A model generated the notes under the pieces. That model did no database searches. It saw nothing but the letters and a program-made list of their open reading frames with translations, and was not told the origin of the DNA. The translations under genes were made by a program, and so were the position numbers. A stretch of DNA of 37,589 bases, taken from positions 1 through 37,589 of the forward strand of contig CAYNQA010000001.1 of the NCBI GenBank assembly GCA_964399225.1. The letters are read 5' to 3'. Source of the DNA: an uncultured Anaerolineaceae bacterium (lineage in GTDB: Bacteria > Chloroflexota > Anaerolineae > Anaerolineales > Villigracilaceae). Position 1 is the first letter of the stretch; every line of letters starts with the position of its first letter. This document shows positions 26,135 through 34,974 of this stretch, in pieces.

Positions 26135-26959
26135 ATGTTCGACCCGATCAGTTTGGAACGGCAGTTCACCGATTCGCGCAAAGCTCGAGGCGCCCGCCGC
26201 CTGGTATTTTCTGGGGCGCGAAATTTTCGCGACCTTGGCGGTTATGCCGCTGCAGATGGACGCACCGTCCGCTGGGGGATGTTGTATCGTTCCGATAATC
26301 TGCACAAACTGACCGATGCCGACCTCAAGCGATTGTCGGCGCTTTCGCTCGCCCTGATCGTGGACTTTCGCGCGGTGGCCGAAACGACCCGCGAGCCGGA
26401 CCGCCTGCCCGTCAACGCCCCGATCCGTCACGTCAAGATCCCCATCAATGATGCCAGCACCTCGATCTGGTACGAAATGCATGATGATTTCGTCAAACAT
26501 CTGGACAGCGTGAACCCCGGCGAATATTTGACCAAAACGAATATCGAACTCGTGACGCGCTTCACCCCGGAGATACGTCAGTTCATGCAGGAAGTCCTGG
26601 CTGCCCACGGGAATCCGCTTCTTTTCCACTGCGCAGCGGGCAAGGACCGCACCGGCTTTGCGTCTGCCCTGTTGCTGCGACTGCTTGGCGTTCCCCAGGC
26701 GACCGTCATCGAAGACTATCTGCTCACCAATCATTTCCTCGCCGATTCTCTGCGCTGGTCCATGTTCCTCCTGCGCTTCAAAAAAGGGAAACGCTTCGCC
26801 GATGTGGTGAGCGGATTCATGCGAGTCCAGCCAGCCTATCTTCAAGCGGCCTTTGACACAATTGACCGGGAATATGGTTCCTTCGATGCCTATCTCCATT
26901 CCACTCTCGGCTTGACGGAGAAAGACATCGAACATTTACGAAATGTCTACCTGGAATAG
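26135..26959 (+). CDS. Protein tyrosine/dual-specificity phosphatase (PtpB/IphP-like)
   Basis: NFRDLGGY, LYRSD, IVDFR, P-loop HCAAGKDRTG, DYLLTN. AGGAG RBS. Confidence 0.93.
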   Translation: MFDPISLERQFTDSRKARGARRLVFSGARNFRDLGGYAAADGRTVRWGMLYRSDNLHKLTDADLKRLSALSLALIVDFRAVAETTREPDRLPVNAPIRHVKIPINDASTSIWYEMHDDFVKHLDSVNPGEYLTKTNIELVTRFTPEIRQFMQEVLAAHGNPLLFHCAAGKDRTGFASALLLRLLGVPQATVIEDYLLTNHFLADSLRWSMFLLRFKKGKRFADVVSGFMRVQPAYLQAAFDTIDREYGSFDAYLHSTLGLTEKDIEHLRNVYLE

Positions 26960-26977
26960 GTAACTTTTAGAAAAAAC

Positions 26978-27003
26978 AAGTGCTGGCAGCCGCCAGCACT
27001 TTT
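26978..27003. terminator. Bidirectional intrinsic terminator
   Basis: AAGTGCTGGC-AGCC-GCCAGCACTT hairpin with A-run on the left and T-run on the right, between convergent genes. Confidence 0.8.
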
Positions 27004-27006
27004 CAA

Positions 27007-27570
27007 TCATTCCTGTTCGATCGCGCGGATTAGCTTTGCCGGGTTTCCAGCGACTACTGTATCTGCCGCCACATCCCGTGTGACGACAGCCCCAGCTCCA
27101 ATGACAGCATTCCGCCCAATGCTTACCCCGGGCAGGATGATGGCCCCGCCGCCGATCCACACATTTTCTTCGATGGTTATAGGCTTTGCCACTTCCCAGC
27201 CTTGGATGCGGGTCTTTGCTTGCAGATCGTGTGCGGCGGTATAGATGTGCACAGATGGACCGATCATGACGTGGTCACCGATCCGCACCTCGTTGTTGTC
27301 AATGATGACACACATGTAATTAATAAAGACATGAGCGCCGAGGTGGATGTTCTTTCCATAGGTGCAATAGAAGGGAGGCCAGATGATGGTGTCTTGACCA
27401 ACCGTGCCCAGCATTTGCTCGAGGATGTCCTGCCGTTCTGGAGTCTCGTCGGATTGATTGTAAAGCCGCATCAACTTCTTGGCCTTCTGACGATCAATTT
27501 CCAGTCCGGGGTCAAGGATGTTATATCGGTCTCCTGCGAGCATTTTTTCTTTTTCGGTTTTGGGGGACAT
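27007..27570 (-). CDS. Sugar (maltose/galactoside) O-acetyltransferase, hexapeptide-repeat family
   Basis: TEKEKMLAG, PPFYCTYGKNI, VWIGGGAIILPGVSIGRNAVIGAGAVVTRDV...GNPAK. Confidence 0.93.
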   Translation of the reverse strand: MSPKTEKEKMLAGDRYNILDPGLEIDRQKAKKLMRLYNQSDETPERQDILEQMLGTVGQDTIIWPPFYCTYGKNIHLGAHVFINYMCVIIDNNEVRIGDHVMIGPSVHIYTAAHDLQAKTRIQGWEVAKPITIEENVWIGGGAIILPGVSIGRNAVIGAGAVVTRDVAADTVVAGNPAKLIRAIEQE

Positions 27571-27870
27571 TTATAACTTCCTCGCCAATCGCTCCAGCTC
27601 TTCCACCAACGGACGGAGTGATTCGCCCATGGACGTGTCGCTGGTTTCGATGGTGTGTTCGTTGGTATCCGTCATAACGCTGATAAAGTAAATGAACTCG
27701 TCGGGGATCGGAGGGGTTGGTGAAGAGGAGGGCAGGGCGAAGAAATCGCAGGCAACGAGCAGCCCGCTCAACGTCTCGGCTTGAGGCGGGGGCAGGGACT
27801 CAAGGTCGAGGGTCAATGAAACCTTGCGGCCCATGAATCCGCCTGTGCGTTGATAGTGGATGTTTGTCAT
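27571..27870 (-). CDS. Emfourin (protealysin inhibitor)
   Basis: RTGGFMG and PDEFIY motifs, 99 aa, ATGA-coupled directly downstream of a protealysin-like gene. Confidence 0.88.
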   Translation of the reverse strand: MTNIHYQRTGGFMGRKVSLTLDLESLPPPQAETLSGLLVACDFFALPSSSPTPPIPDEFIYFISVMTDTNEHTIETSDTSMGESLRPLVEELERLARKL

Positions 27871-29000
27871 CGCAGACCAAGAATTCGCATCAGAGTTGGC
27901 AGACAGCCTTCATTTGTTGCTGAGGCCGTGCTGCCTGTGATTTCGATACCCACTCTTGCCCAACCCACTTTGACGGCGGTTTGTTCGCTGCTGCCAAGAC
28001 CGTAAATATCACCTGCTGCGGCGTAGGTCAGGTTGGCTGCGTCTTGAAAGTTTGATGTTGCGCCCAGTTTTTCTGTCAGAGCTTTGTACCAGACCAACCC
28101 AATTTTTTCCCAGGCGTTGCCGCCGAGCGAGATGCAGGCAGTGTAAAACGCATAATTGGGAATCCCTGAGTTGATGTGCACCCCGCCGTTATCATCCGAA
28201 GTGTTGACATAGTTGCGCATGTGAGCTGGCTGCGGGTCCTTGCCGAGGATGGGGTCATCATACGCGCTGCCTGGCGCTTTCATCGAACGGATGCCCACAC
28301 CGTTTACGTTGGAAGTAAAGAGTCCTTCGCCGATGATCCAATCTGCTTCTGCGGCAGATTGACCGCGTTGGTATTGCTTCACCAGCGATCCAAACACATC
28401 GGACATCGACTCGTTCAAAGCGCCGGCCTGGCCGTTGTAATTCAAGTTGGCTTCATGCTGGGTCAGGCCATGCGTCAGTTCGTGGCCGATCACATCAAGA
28501 CAGGCCGTGAAACGATTAAATAAACGTTCTTCCACGGGCAGGTCTTCATCTCCATCGCCATATACCATCTGGCTTCCGTTCCAAAAAGCGTTGTCATATC
28601 CTTTTTGAAAATGGACGGTTGATATGATCGGGGCACCATGTCCATCGATCGAGTCTCTGTTGTATATCTGATGGAACAGATCATAAGTGATGCCGGCCCC
28701 ATCGTAAGCCTCGTTGGCAGTTGGGTCGCCAGTTGGGGCCTGCCCCTCACTGCGCACAATCATGCCCGGCAGGGATGAGCCATACTGCGCGTCATACACT
28801 TTACGCTGCTTGCCGCGCGTCGCTCCCAACTCTGCGGCGAAAGCGCTTCGTGCAAGGTCGGTGAGGCGGCTGGTCCGCACCTGCTCCGACCATGCTAATG
28901 AAGCGGCGGCCATATTGCGTTGTGAAGCCGTGCCGCGCTGGCTGATCTCGCGCAGCATGTGCGGCGGGACGATGCAAAGTATGGGGTGATGATGGTGCAT
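27867..29000 (-). CDS. Protealysin-like M4 metalloprotease
   Basis: Short propeptide CIVPPHML, NAFW, HELTH, GALNESMSD, DNGGVHINSG; no signal peptide. AAGGAG RBS. Confidence 0.95.
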   Translation of the reverse strand: MHHHHPILCIVPPHMLREISQRGTASQRNMAAASLAWSEQVRTSRLTDLARSAFAAELGATRGKQRKVYDAQYGSSLPGMIVRSEGQAPTGDPTANEAYDGAGITYDLFHQIYNRDSIDGHGAPIISTVHFQKGYDNAFWNGSQMVYGDGDEDLPVEERLFNRFTACLDVIGHELTHGLTQHEANLNYNGQAGALNESMSDVFGSLVKQYQRGQSAAEADWIIGEGLFTSNVNGVGIRSMKAPGSAYDDPILGKDPQPAHMRNYVNTSDDNGGVHINSGIPNYAFYTACISLGGNAWEKIGLVWYKALTEKLGATSNFQDAANLTYAAAGDIYGLGSSEQTAVKVGWARVGIEITGSTASATNEGCLPTLMRILGLR

Positions 29001-29110
29001 GACTGCTCCTTTTTGTCGGCTGTGCTTTGAGTATACGCCCGCCGCAATGCAAATTCAACCTTGGTTTTACAGAATCAGCCGCCCGCCCAACCTCGATTAC
29101 AATGTGGCGC

Positions 29111-30220
29111 ATGTCTGAAACATTACGCCCAACATTCCTTGAAGTCAATCTGACCCAGTTGAAACGGAACCTCGAAGCTATTCGCGAGCGGGTTGGCCCG
29201 GCCTTGGTTATGCCGATGCTCAAGGCCAATGCCTACGGTCACGGCGTGGATGGTGTCGCGCCGTTTATCGCTCCTTTTGTCGATTACATCGGCGTCGCGA
29301 CCCTCGAAGAAGGTATACATCTGCGAAACCTGGGGATCGACAAACCGATCCTCGTGGCCGGCGGGACTCTCCCCGAGCAGTTGCCCTTCTTCGCAAAATT
29401 CAACCTGACCCTCACCGCTTCCTCCCCCGACCTCCTGCGGGCTGCTGACCATCTGGCCGAATCCACACGGACGCGAATCCGCGCGCACCTCAAGGTGGAC
29501 ACGGGCATGGAGCGGGTGGGTGTGCGTGATACGGAGGCTGAGGCTTTCCTTGATTTGTCTCTGCGCTGCAAGCACCTTGATCTTGAGGGTATCTACACCC
29601 ACTTTGCCAACTCCGACGCCGCGGATTTGACTCATGCGTATCTGCAAATGGAGCGCTTCCATGAAGTATTGCGCTTCTATGAAAAGCGGAGCCTGCCGCG
29701 TCCGCGCCTTGTCCATGTGGCGAATTCAGGAGCGATCCTGCAAATGCCAGACAGTTACTTCGATATGGTGCGCTGCGGTATTCTGTTCTATGGCGTGCAC
29801 CCCACACGGGAAGCCGCCCGCATGGATGAAGTTCATCCAGCCCTGACGTGGCGTTCGCGCGTCGCCTACTCCAAGATCACGCCGCCTGACAGGCCGGTCA
29901 GCTATGGATCGTTGTGGCAGGCTGAGCGTCCAACACGAATCGTCACTATCCCGTGCGGGTATGCCGATGGCTACTTCCGACGCATGACAAATCACGCCCA
30001 GGTCATTGTCAACGGCAAGCGTCATCCACAGGTGGGACGTATCTGCATGGACCAGTTCATGGCCGACGTGGGCGATCATCCCGCCGAGGTCGGCGACTCT
30101 GTGGTCTTGCTCGGGGAAGGCATCACCGCCGATGATTTTGCCGAATGGATGGGCACGAATGCCTACGAAGTGCTTACAAGCATCGGGGCGCGCGTGCCTC
30201 GCGTATTTATCCAGGAGTAG
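29111..30220 (+). CDS. alr: Alanine racemase
   Basis: MLKANAYGHG (PLP Lys), HLKVDTGMER, THFANSD, VSYG, GYADG, GRICMDQ, YEVLT..G.RVPR. Start moved to ATG 29111. Confidence 0.95.
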   Translation: MSETLRPTFLEVNLTQLKRNLEAIRERVGPALVMPMLKANAYGHGVDGVAPFIAPFVDYIGVATLEEGIHLRNLGIDKPILVAGGTLPEQLPFFAKFNLTLTASSPDLLRAADHLAESTRTRIRAHLKVDTGMERVGVRDTEAEAFLDLSLRCKHLDLEGIYTHFANSDAADLTHAYLQMERFHEVLRFYEKRSLPRPRLVHVANSGAILQMPDSYFDMVRCGILFYGVHPTREAARMDEVHPALTWRSRVAYSKITPPDRPVSYGSLWQAERPTRIVTIPCGYADGYFRRMTNHAQVIVNGKRHPQVGRICMDQFMADVGDHPAEVGDSVVLLGEGITADDFAEWMGTNAYEVLTSIGARVPRVFIQE

Positions 30221-30312
30221 ATGGTACAATCCTGCCGCGATTTCTGAAAACCAATATCTGCATCGTTGCGGTTCGATCCCTTCATTGATAATCCGAAAAC
30301 CTTGAGGCTTAC

Positions 30313-30861
30313 TTGAAAAATAAACTCTCCTCGTATCTCTTTCTCTTTTCCATCGCCAGCGTCATCATTGCGTTCGATCAATGGACCAAATGGCTGGTGC
30401 GGGAAAATATCCCATTCGCCGAATTCTGGCTGCCCGACGGCCTGATGTGGCTGATGCCGTATGCTCGTTTTGTCCACTGGGAAAATAGCGGCGCGGCATT
30501 TGGTCTCTTTCAAAATGGCAGTCTCGTGTTCGGATCTCTAGCCGTGGTGGTCATTGGGGTCATTCTCTATTTTTATCCTCAGGTGGAGCAATCTGAGCAG
30601 GGGATGCGTATCGCCATGGCGATGCAGCTCGCTGGTGCAGCGGGCAATTTAATCGACCGCATCCTGTTCGAAGGCAAGGTGACTGACTTTATCTCCGTTG
30701 GGTCATTCCCTGTTTTCAATGTGGCCGATGCAAGCATTACCCTGGGAGTGGGGGTGTTGCTGCTCGATGTTTGGATCAAGGAACGCAAGGAGAAGAAGCG
30801 CAAGGAACAGGCTTCGACTCTTCCCGACGAACCTGCCGACCCCGGCTCGAGCCGATCTTGA
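30313..30861 (+). CDS. lspA: Lipoprotein signal peptidase II
   Basis: DQWTK, NSGAAFG, GAAGNLIDR, VTDF, FPVFNVAD. Confidence 0.96.
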   Translation: MKNKLSSYLFLFSIASVIIAFDQWTKWLVRENIPFAEFWLPDGLMWLMPYARFVHWENSGAAFGLFQNGSLVFGSLAVVVIGVILYFYPQVEQSEQGMRIAMAMQLAGAAGNLIDRILFEGKVTDFISVGSFPVFNVADASITLGVGVLLLDVWIKERKEKKRKEQASTLPDEPADPGSSRS

Positions 30862-30892
30862 TGCATTTCAAGCGAATCACCCTCTTTATCCA

Positions 30893-31828
30893 ATGACTGA
30901 CCGCATCGAGACCTTTCATTTTCAAGAGCAACAAGCCGAGCGCCTGGACAAGTTCCTCGTCCAGCGACTGCCGGAGTTTTCACGCGCCCGCTTGCAAGGC
31001 TTGATCGCGGATGGATTTGTGCTGGTAGACGACACGCCTGCCAAAAAATCTGGACAGATGATCGACCCGGGGGCGCACGTGATAGTGCGCATCCCGCCCC
31101 CAACTCCGAGCGCCCTGACCGGCGAGAACATCCCGCTCGACATTGTCTTCGAGAACGATGACCTGTTAGTAGTGAATAAACCAGCCGGCATGGTTGTGCA
31201 CCCCGCAGCAGGTCATGAGACTGGCACTCTGGTCCATGCGGTGCTTGGTTATGAACCTGACCTGGAGGGGATCGGTGGTGAAGAACGTCCCGGTGTAGTC
31301 CACCGCCTTGATAAAGAAACCTCCGGCTTGATCGTGCTGGCAAAAAATGAACGTGCCCACCGCTGGCTGCAAGACCAGTTCCGATTGCGCACCGTTGAGA
31401 AAACCTATCTCGCTCTTGTGGATGGCATGCCTCCCACGCCAAGCGGCCGCGTGGAAGCCCCGGTTGGGCGGGATCCGAATCACCGTAAGAAAATGGCTGT
31501 CCTGCCGCCAGGCAAGGGACGCGAAGCGGTCAGTGAGTACAAGACTCTCGAGGTGTTCAAACAGCACACCCTGCTCGAGTTCCACCCGCAGACCGGTCGC
31601 ACGCATCAGATCCGTTTGCATTGCGCGTTTCTCGGTTGTCCGATCGTTGGTGATGTTATCTATGGCCGCAAGAAACCGACCGTCAACCTGGACCGCCATT
31701 TTTTACACGCCGCGCGCTTGAAGATCGTTCTTCCCAACGAAACCACGCCGCGCACGTTTGAGGCGCCTTTACCGGTGGAGTTGACCGTGGCATTGGAAGA
31801 GGCCCGCTCCAAACATGTTGTGGGTTGA
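30893..31828 (+). CDS. rluD: RluA-family 23S rRNA pseudouridine synthase with S4 domain (RluD-like)
   Basis: RLDKFL...SRARLQ S4 domain, NKPAGMVVHP, RPGVVHRLDKETSG, TGRTHQIR, FLHA. Start moved to ATG 30893. Confidence 0.9.
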   Translation: MTDRIETFHFQEQQAERLDKFLVQRLPEFSRARLQGLIADGFVLVDDTPAKKSGQMIDPGAHVIVRIPPPTPSALTGENIPLDIVFENDDLLVVNKPAGMVVHPAAGHETGTLVHAVLGYEPDLEGIGGEERPGVVHRLDKETSGLIVLAKNERAHRWLQDQFRLRTVEKTYLALVDGMPPTPSGRVEAPVGRDPNHRKKMAVLPPGKGREAVSEYKTLEVFKQHTLLEFHPQTGRTHQIRLHCAFLGCPIVGDVIYGRKKPTVNLDRHFLHAARLKIVLPNETTPRTFEAPLPVELTVALEEARSKHVVG

Positions 31829-32381
31829 GCATGTCCCTGAGCGACTGATCCACACCGACTTTATCGCTGAGCCACTGCAGGAACAACATGCTGCGCTGGA
31901 TTATGCCGCCTACACATCCAGCCCGGAGGTGATCCGTGCTCACAGCTATGGGCGCTGGCCGGTCGAGGAATTTACCCTTGCTGAGGAGAAATCCTTGCTG
32001 GCGGGGCATGATCAACGCCACCGTGCAAAACAGGATTTTGCTTTCATATTACTTGCGCCTGACCGGGCATCCTCTTTCGGTTGTTGTTACATCCTGCCCC
32101 TGCTCCCGTTCTTGACTCGTGTTAATGCAGACCCTCGAGGTTTAAGCGAACATTCTGCCATGGTTACTTTCTGGTTGCGACAATCGGAACAGGAAAGCCG
32201 CCTTGCCGAACACATTGTGCCTGCAGTGCATGAATGGATGACCTTCGAATGGCGATTTGATGTTCATTTCTTTCGGGTAAACCCGCAGGAGACCCATTCG
32301 ATCTCGGCGCTGCGCGCGAACAATCTGCGCGAAGTATTTTCGATTTCCCACCCGCTACCCTATCTTTTCTTCGGAGGCTAG
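31815..32381 (+). CDS. Hypothetical protein, probable GNAT-like fold
   Basis: LDYAAY...WP...TL....H....FAFILL.PD....GCCYI.P...VTFWLR pattern recalled from a GNAT-like family. Fills the gap between rluD and ltaE exactly. Confidence 0.6.
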   Translation: MLWVEHVPERLIHTDFIAEPLQEQHAALDYAAYTSSPEVIRAHSYGRWPVEEFTLAEEKSLLAGHDQRHRAKQDFAFILLAPDRASSFGCCYILPLLPFLTRVNADPRGLSEHSAMVTFWLRQSEQESRLAEHIVPAVHEWMTFEWRFDVHFFRVNPQETHSISALRANNLREVFSISHPLPYLFFGG

Positions 32382-32382
32382 T

Positions 32383-33420
32383 ATGAACTACATCGATCTG
32401 CGTTCCGACACTGTGACCAAGCCCACGCCTGAGATGCGCGAGGCAATGGCCAAAGCCGAGGTCGGTGACGATGTGTACGGTGAAGATCCCACCGTCAACC
32501 GTTTACAGGAACTTGCCGCGCACATGACCGGCCACGAGGCGGCGCTCTTCGTTCCCACGGGAACGATGGGCAACCTGGCCTCCATCCTTGCGCATTGCCA
32601 GCGCGGTGATGAGGTGATGGTCGGCAACAAATCGCATACTTTCCTTTTTGAAGCTGGGGGAATTTCTGCGCTGGGCGGAGTCCACTCCTGCCAACTACCC
32701 AACCAGCCCGACGGCTCGCTTCTCCTCACGGACCTCGAAGCAGCTCTGCGTCCCGATGATCCACACGATCCCATTTCGCGCTTGATCTGTCTTGAGAACA
32801 CGCATAACCGTTGCGGCGGTGTCTATCAAACACCCGCCTACATGCGGCAGGTATCTGAATTTGCGCAGTCGCACGGCCTTAAAGTCCACCTTGATGGTGC
32901 GCGATTGTTCAATGCGGTTGTGGCGCAAGGGATCGACGTGAAGGAAATTACCCGCCATGTTGACTCGCTCACCTTCTGCTTGAGCAAAGCCTTGAGTGCG
33001 CCGGTTGGTTCTGTGATCTGCGGCTCACGGCAGTTCATTAAACAAGCACACCGTCAACGCAAGATGCTGGGCGGGGGAATGCGCCAGGCGGGAATCCTTG
33101 CCGCGGCGGGAATCGTAGCACTAGAAAGCATGGTGAATCGGCTTGCCGAAGATCATGCGCGGGCAAAGCGTCTCGCTGATGGGTTGCGCAAAAACAGCGG
33201 ACTGGTTCTGGCCTCCGGCACGCCTGCAACGAACATGGTTTTCGCGTCCCTGGCAGAATCCGTTCCAATGTCCGCGGAAGAAGCGGCTGTGCAATTGGCA
33301 AAGCGGGGCGTCCGTGTTGGCGCTGTCTCCGCACGAGGATTCCGCATGGTCCTGCATTGTTGGGTGGATGACGCGGGAGTGGATGCGACGATCGCCGCTT
33401 TTGAGGACGTACTCCGTTAG
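32383..33420 (+). CDS. ltaE: Low-specificity L-threonine aldolase
   Basis: [68 protein letters not shown]. Confidence 0.95.
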   Translation: MNYIDLRSDTVTKPTPEMREAMAKAEVGDDVYGEDPTVNRLQELAAHMTGHEAALFVPTGTMGNLASILAHCQRGDEVMVGNKSHTFLFEAGGISALGGVHSCQLPNQPDGSLLLTDLEAALRPDDPHDPISRLICLENTHNRCGGVYQTPAYMRQVSEFAQSHGLKVHLDGARLFNAVVAQGIDVKEITRHVDSLTFCLSKALSAPVGSVICGSRQFIKQAHRQRKMLGGGMRQAGILAAAGIVALESMVNRLAEDHARAKRLADGLRKNSGLVLASGTPATNMVFASLAESVPMSAEEAAVQLAKRGVRVGAVSARGFRMVLHCWVDDAGVDATIAAFEDVLR

Positions 33421-34967
33421 CGATTTGCCTCCCAAAATATTTCCTCCGGCTCGATCTGATTGCGACCACGCCCCTTCGCAACATATAGACGTTGGTCCGC
33501 AAGGTCAATCAGATCAAAAATCGCGTCACGCTCCGACGGGAAAATGGCCACGCCCTGGCTGACAGTTGGCGCAGGGATGGGTTCGCCGACTCGGCCCGGG
33601 ATCTCCATCTCGTTCATGGTCTTGCGAATACGTTCAGCAACGTGGAACGCCTGATCTCCGCCTGCATTCGGCAAAGCGATAATAAACTCTTCACCGCCCC
33701 ATCGGCCAATCGCATCCGTGCTCTTGATGTGATGACGGATGGTCTCGCACAATGCGTTGAGAACCCGGTCGCCGACAAGATGACCGTAGGTGTCATTGTA
33801 TTTTTTGAACAGATCAACATCCAGCATGATCAGGCTGAGCAGGGTGTTTTCCGTTTTCGCGTCATCAGCCATTTTTTGCAGAGTCTCAAGAAAGGCTCCG
33901 TGGTTTAGCACGCCGGTCATCTGGTCGATGCGGCTCTTGCGGTCCACTTCCTGGTGAACGATCGCGTTTTCGAGTGCCATGGCGACGTGTTGCGAAAGAT
34001 TAGCCAGCAATTCAATGTCGCCCCGGTTGAATGCATTGGGTTGATAGGATGCCAGCGCGATCAGTCCTTTGAAATGTTTGGTGATCATCGGCACCCCGAT
34101 CCAGGACAGGCTGGTTTTTTCCTTTCCAGCCACCACCACGTTGACGTCAGGCAGGTCAATGGGGTCGCGCAGATCAGGGAGGAAAAGTTCGCGCTCGTGC
34201 CTTACCACCCAGCCCGATAGGGTGCCCTCTCGTTTCACGCGCATCTCATTAAAGTATTCCCCTTCATCATGAAACAGTGGGATGAAGATCTCGTCGGACT
34301 CCTCGATCCCCACGTAGAATGTGTCTGCGGTCACGGCGCGAGGAATGGCGGCGCTCAGCAGATCGAAAATTTCTTTCTGGTCCAGCGTGGAGGCTACCTG
34401 CCGGCTGAATTCATTGATCGTTTCCAGCCGATGGATGTGCTGGCGCGCCACTTCTTGTACGCGAAGCAGTGTCTCGCTGATGAAAACCGCCAGAAGCGGC
34501 AAGCTCAGTGGAGAAAACATCGCTGCAAAGCTGTTTACTTGTATCAGCCAGTATACCGAAGGGATCACGATGCCGAAACAGAAGACAGTAATCACGGTAA
34601 TGCGGTCATACAAGGTGGAAAAAAATATGATGGTAAGGACCGCTATCACCCGGTAGTAAATATTTAATTCCGCGGGCAGGTAAAATGCAAGGAGCAGCAG
34701 CCCCACACTGCTGATGAATACATTGATCCAGATTACGAGAGTGCGTTGATTCCGTAGTCGTGCAAGATAGAGGCTGAAGAGGGCAATGTATAAAGGCCCG
34801 CCCAACACAATGATGAACAGTCTGCGCTTTGTCTCCGCCGGATACGCCTCCACGACGATATTAATCGCCAGAAATAGAAATACCGATACCGCAGTCAGTG
34901 CACCTTTGGTGATAAAGTTGCGATATTCCTGGCGGGTAAGATCTTGGAGAGATGGCTTTTGTTTCAT
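33417..34967 (-). CDS. Membrane-bound GAF-GGDEF diguanylate cyclase
   Basis: About 6 TM helices, GAF (SWIGVPM), [44 protein letters not shown]. Start ambiguous (34967 or 34994). Confidence 0.93.
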   Translation of the reverse strand: MKQKPSLQDLTRQEYRNFITKGALTAVSVFLFLAINIVVEAYPAETKRRLFIIVLGGPLYIALFSLYLARLRNQRTLVIWINVFISSVGLLLLAFYLPAELNIYYRVIAVLTIIFFSTLYDRITVITVFCFGIVIPSVYWLIQVNSFAAMFSPLSLPLLAVFISETLLRVQEVARQHIHRLETINEFSRQVASTLDQKEIFDLLSAAIPRAVTADTFYVGIEESDEIFIPLFHDEGEYFNEMRVKREGTLSGWVVRHERELFLPDLRDPIDLPDVNVVVAGKEKTSLSWIGVPMITKHFKGLIALASYQPNAFNRGDIELLANLSQHVAMALENAIVHQEVDRKSRIDQMTGVLNHGAFLETLQKMADDAKTENTLLSLIMLDVDLFKKYNDTYGHLVGDRVLNALCETIRHHIKSTDAIGRWGGEEFIIALPNAGGDQAFHVAERIRKTMNEMEIPGRVGEPIPAPTVSQGVAIFPSERDAIFDLIDLADQRLYVAKGRGRNQIEPEEIFWEANR

Positions 34968-34974
34968 ATCGAAA

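Noticed and set aside
26039-26935. 298-aa minus-strand ORF
   Set aside because: Antisense shadow of the phosphatase, which has a clear HCxxGxxR motif.
30698-30892. 65-aa N-terminal extension of the pseudouridine synthase ORF
   Set aside because: Overlaps lspA out of frame; similarity starts at MTDRIE (30893).
30579-31442. 287-aa minus-strand ORF
   Set aside because: Antisense to lspA and rluD; no motifs.
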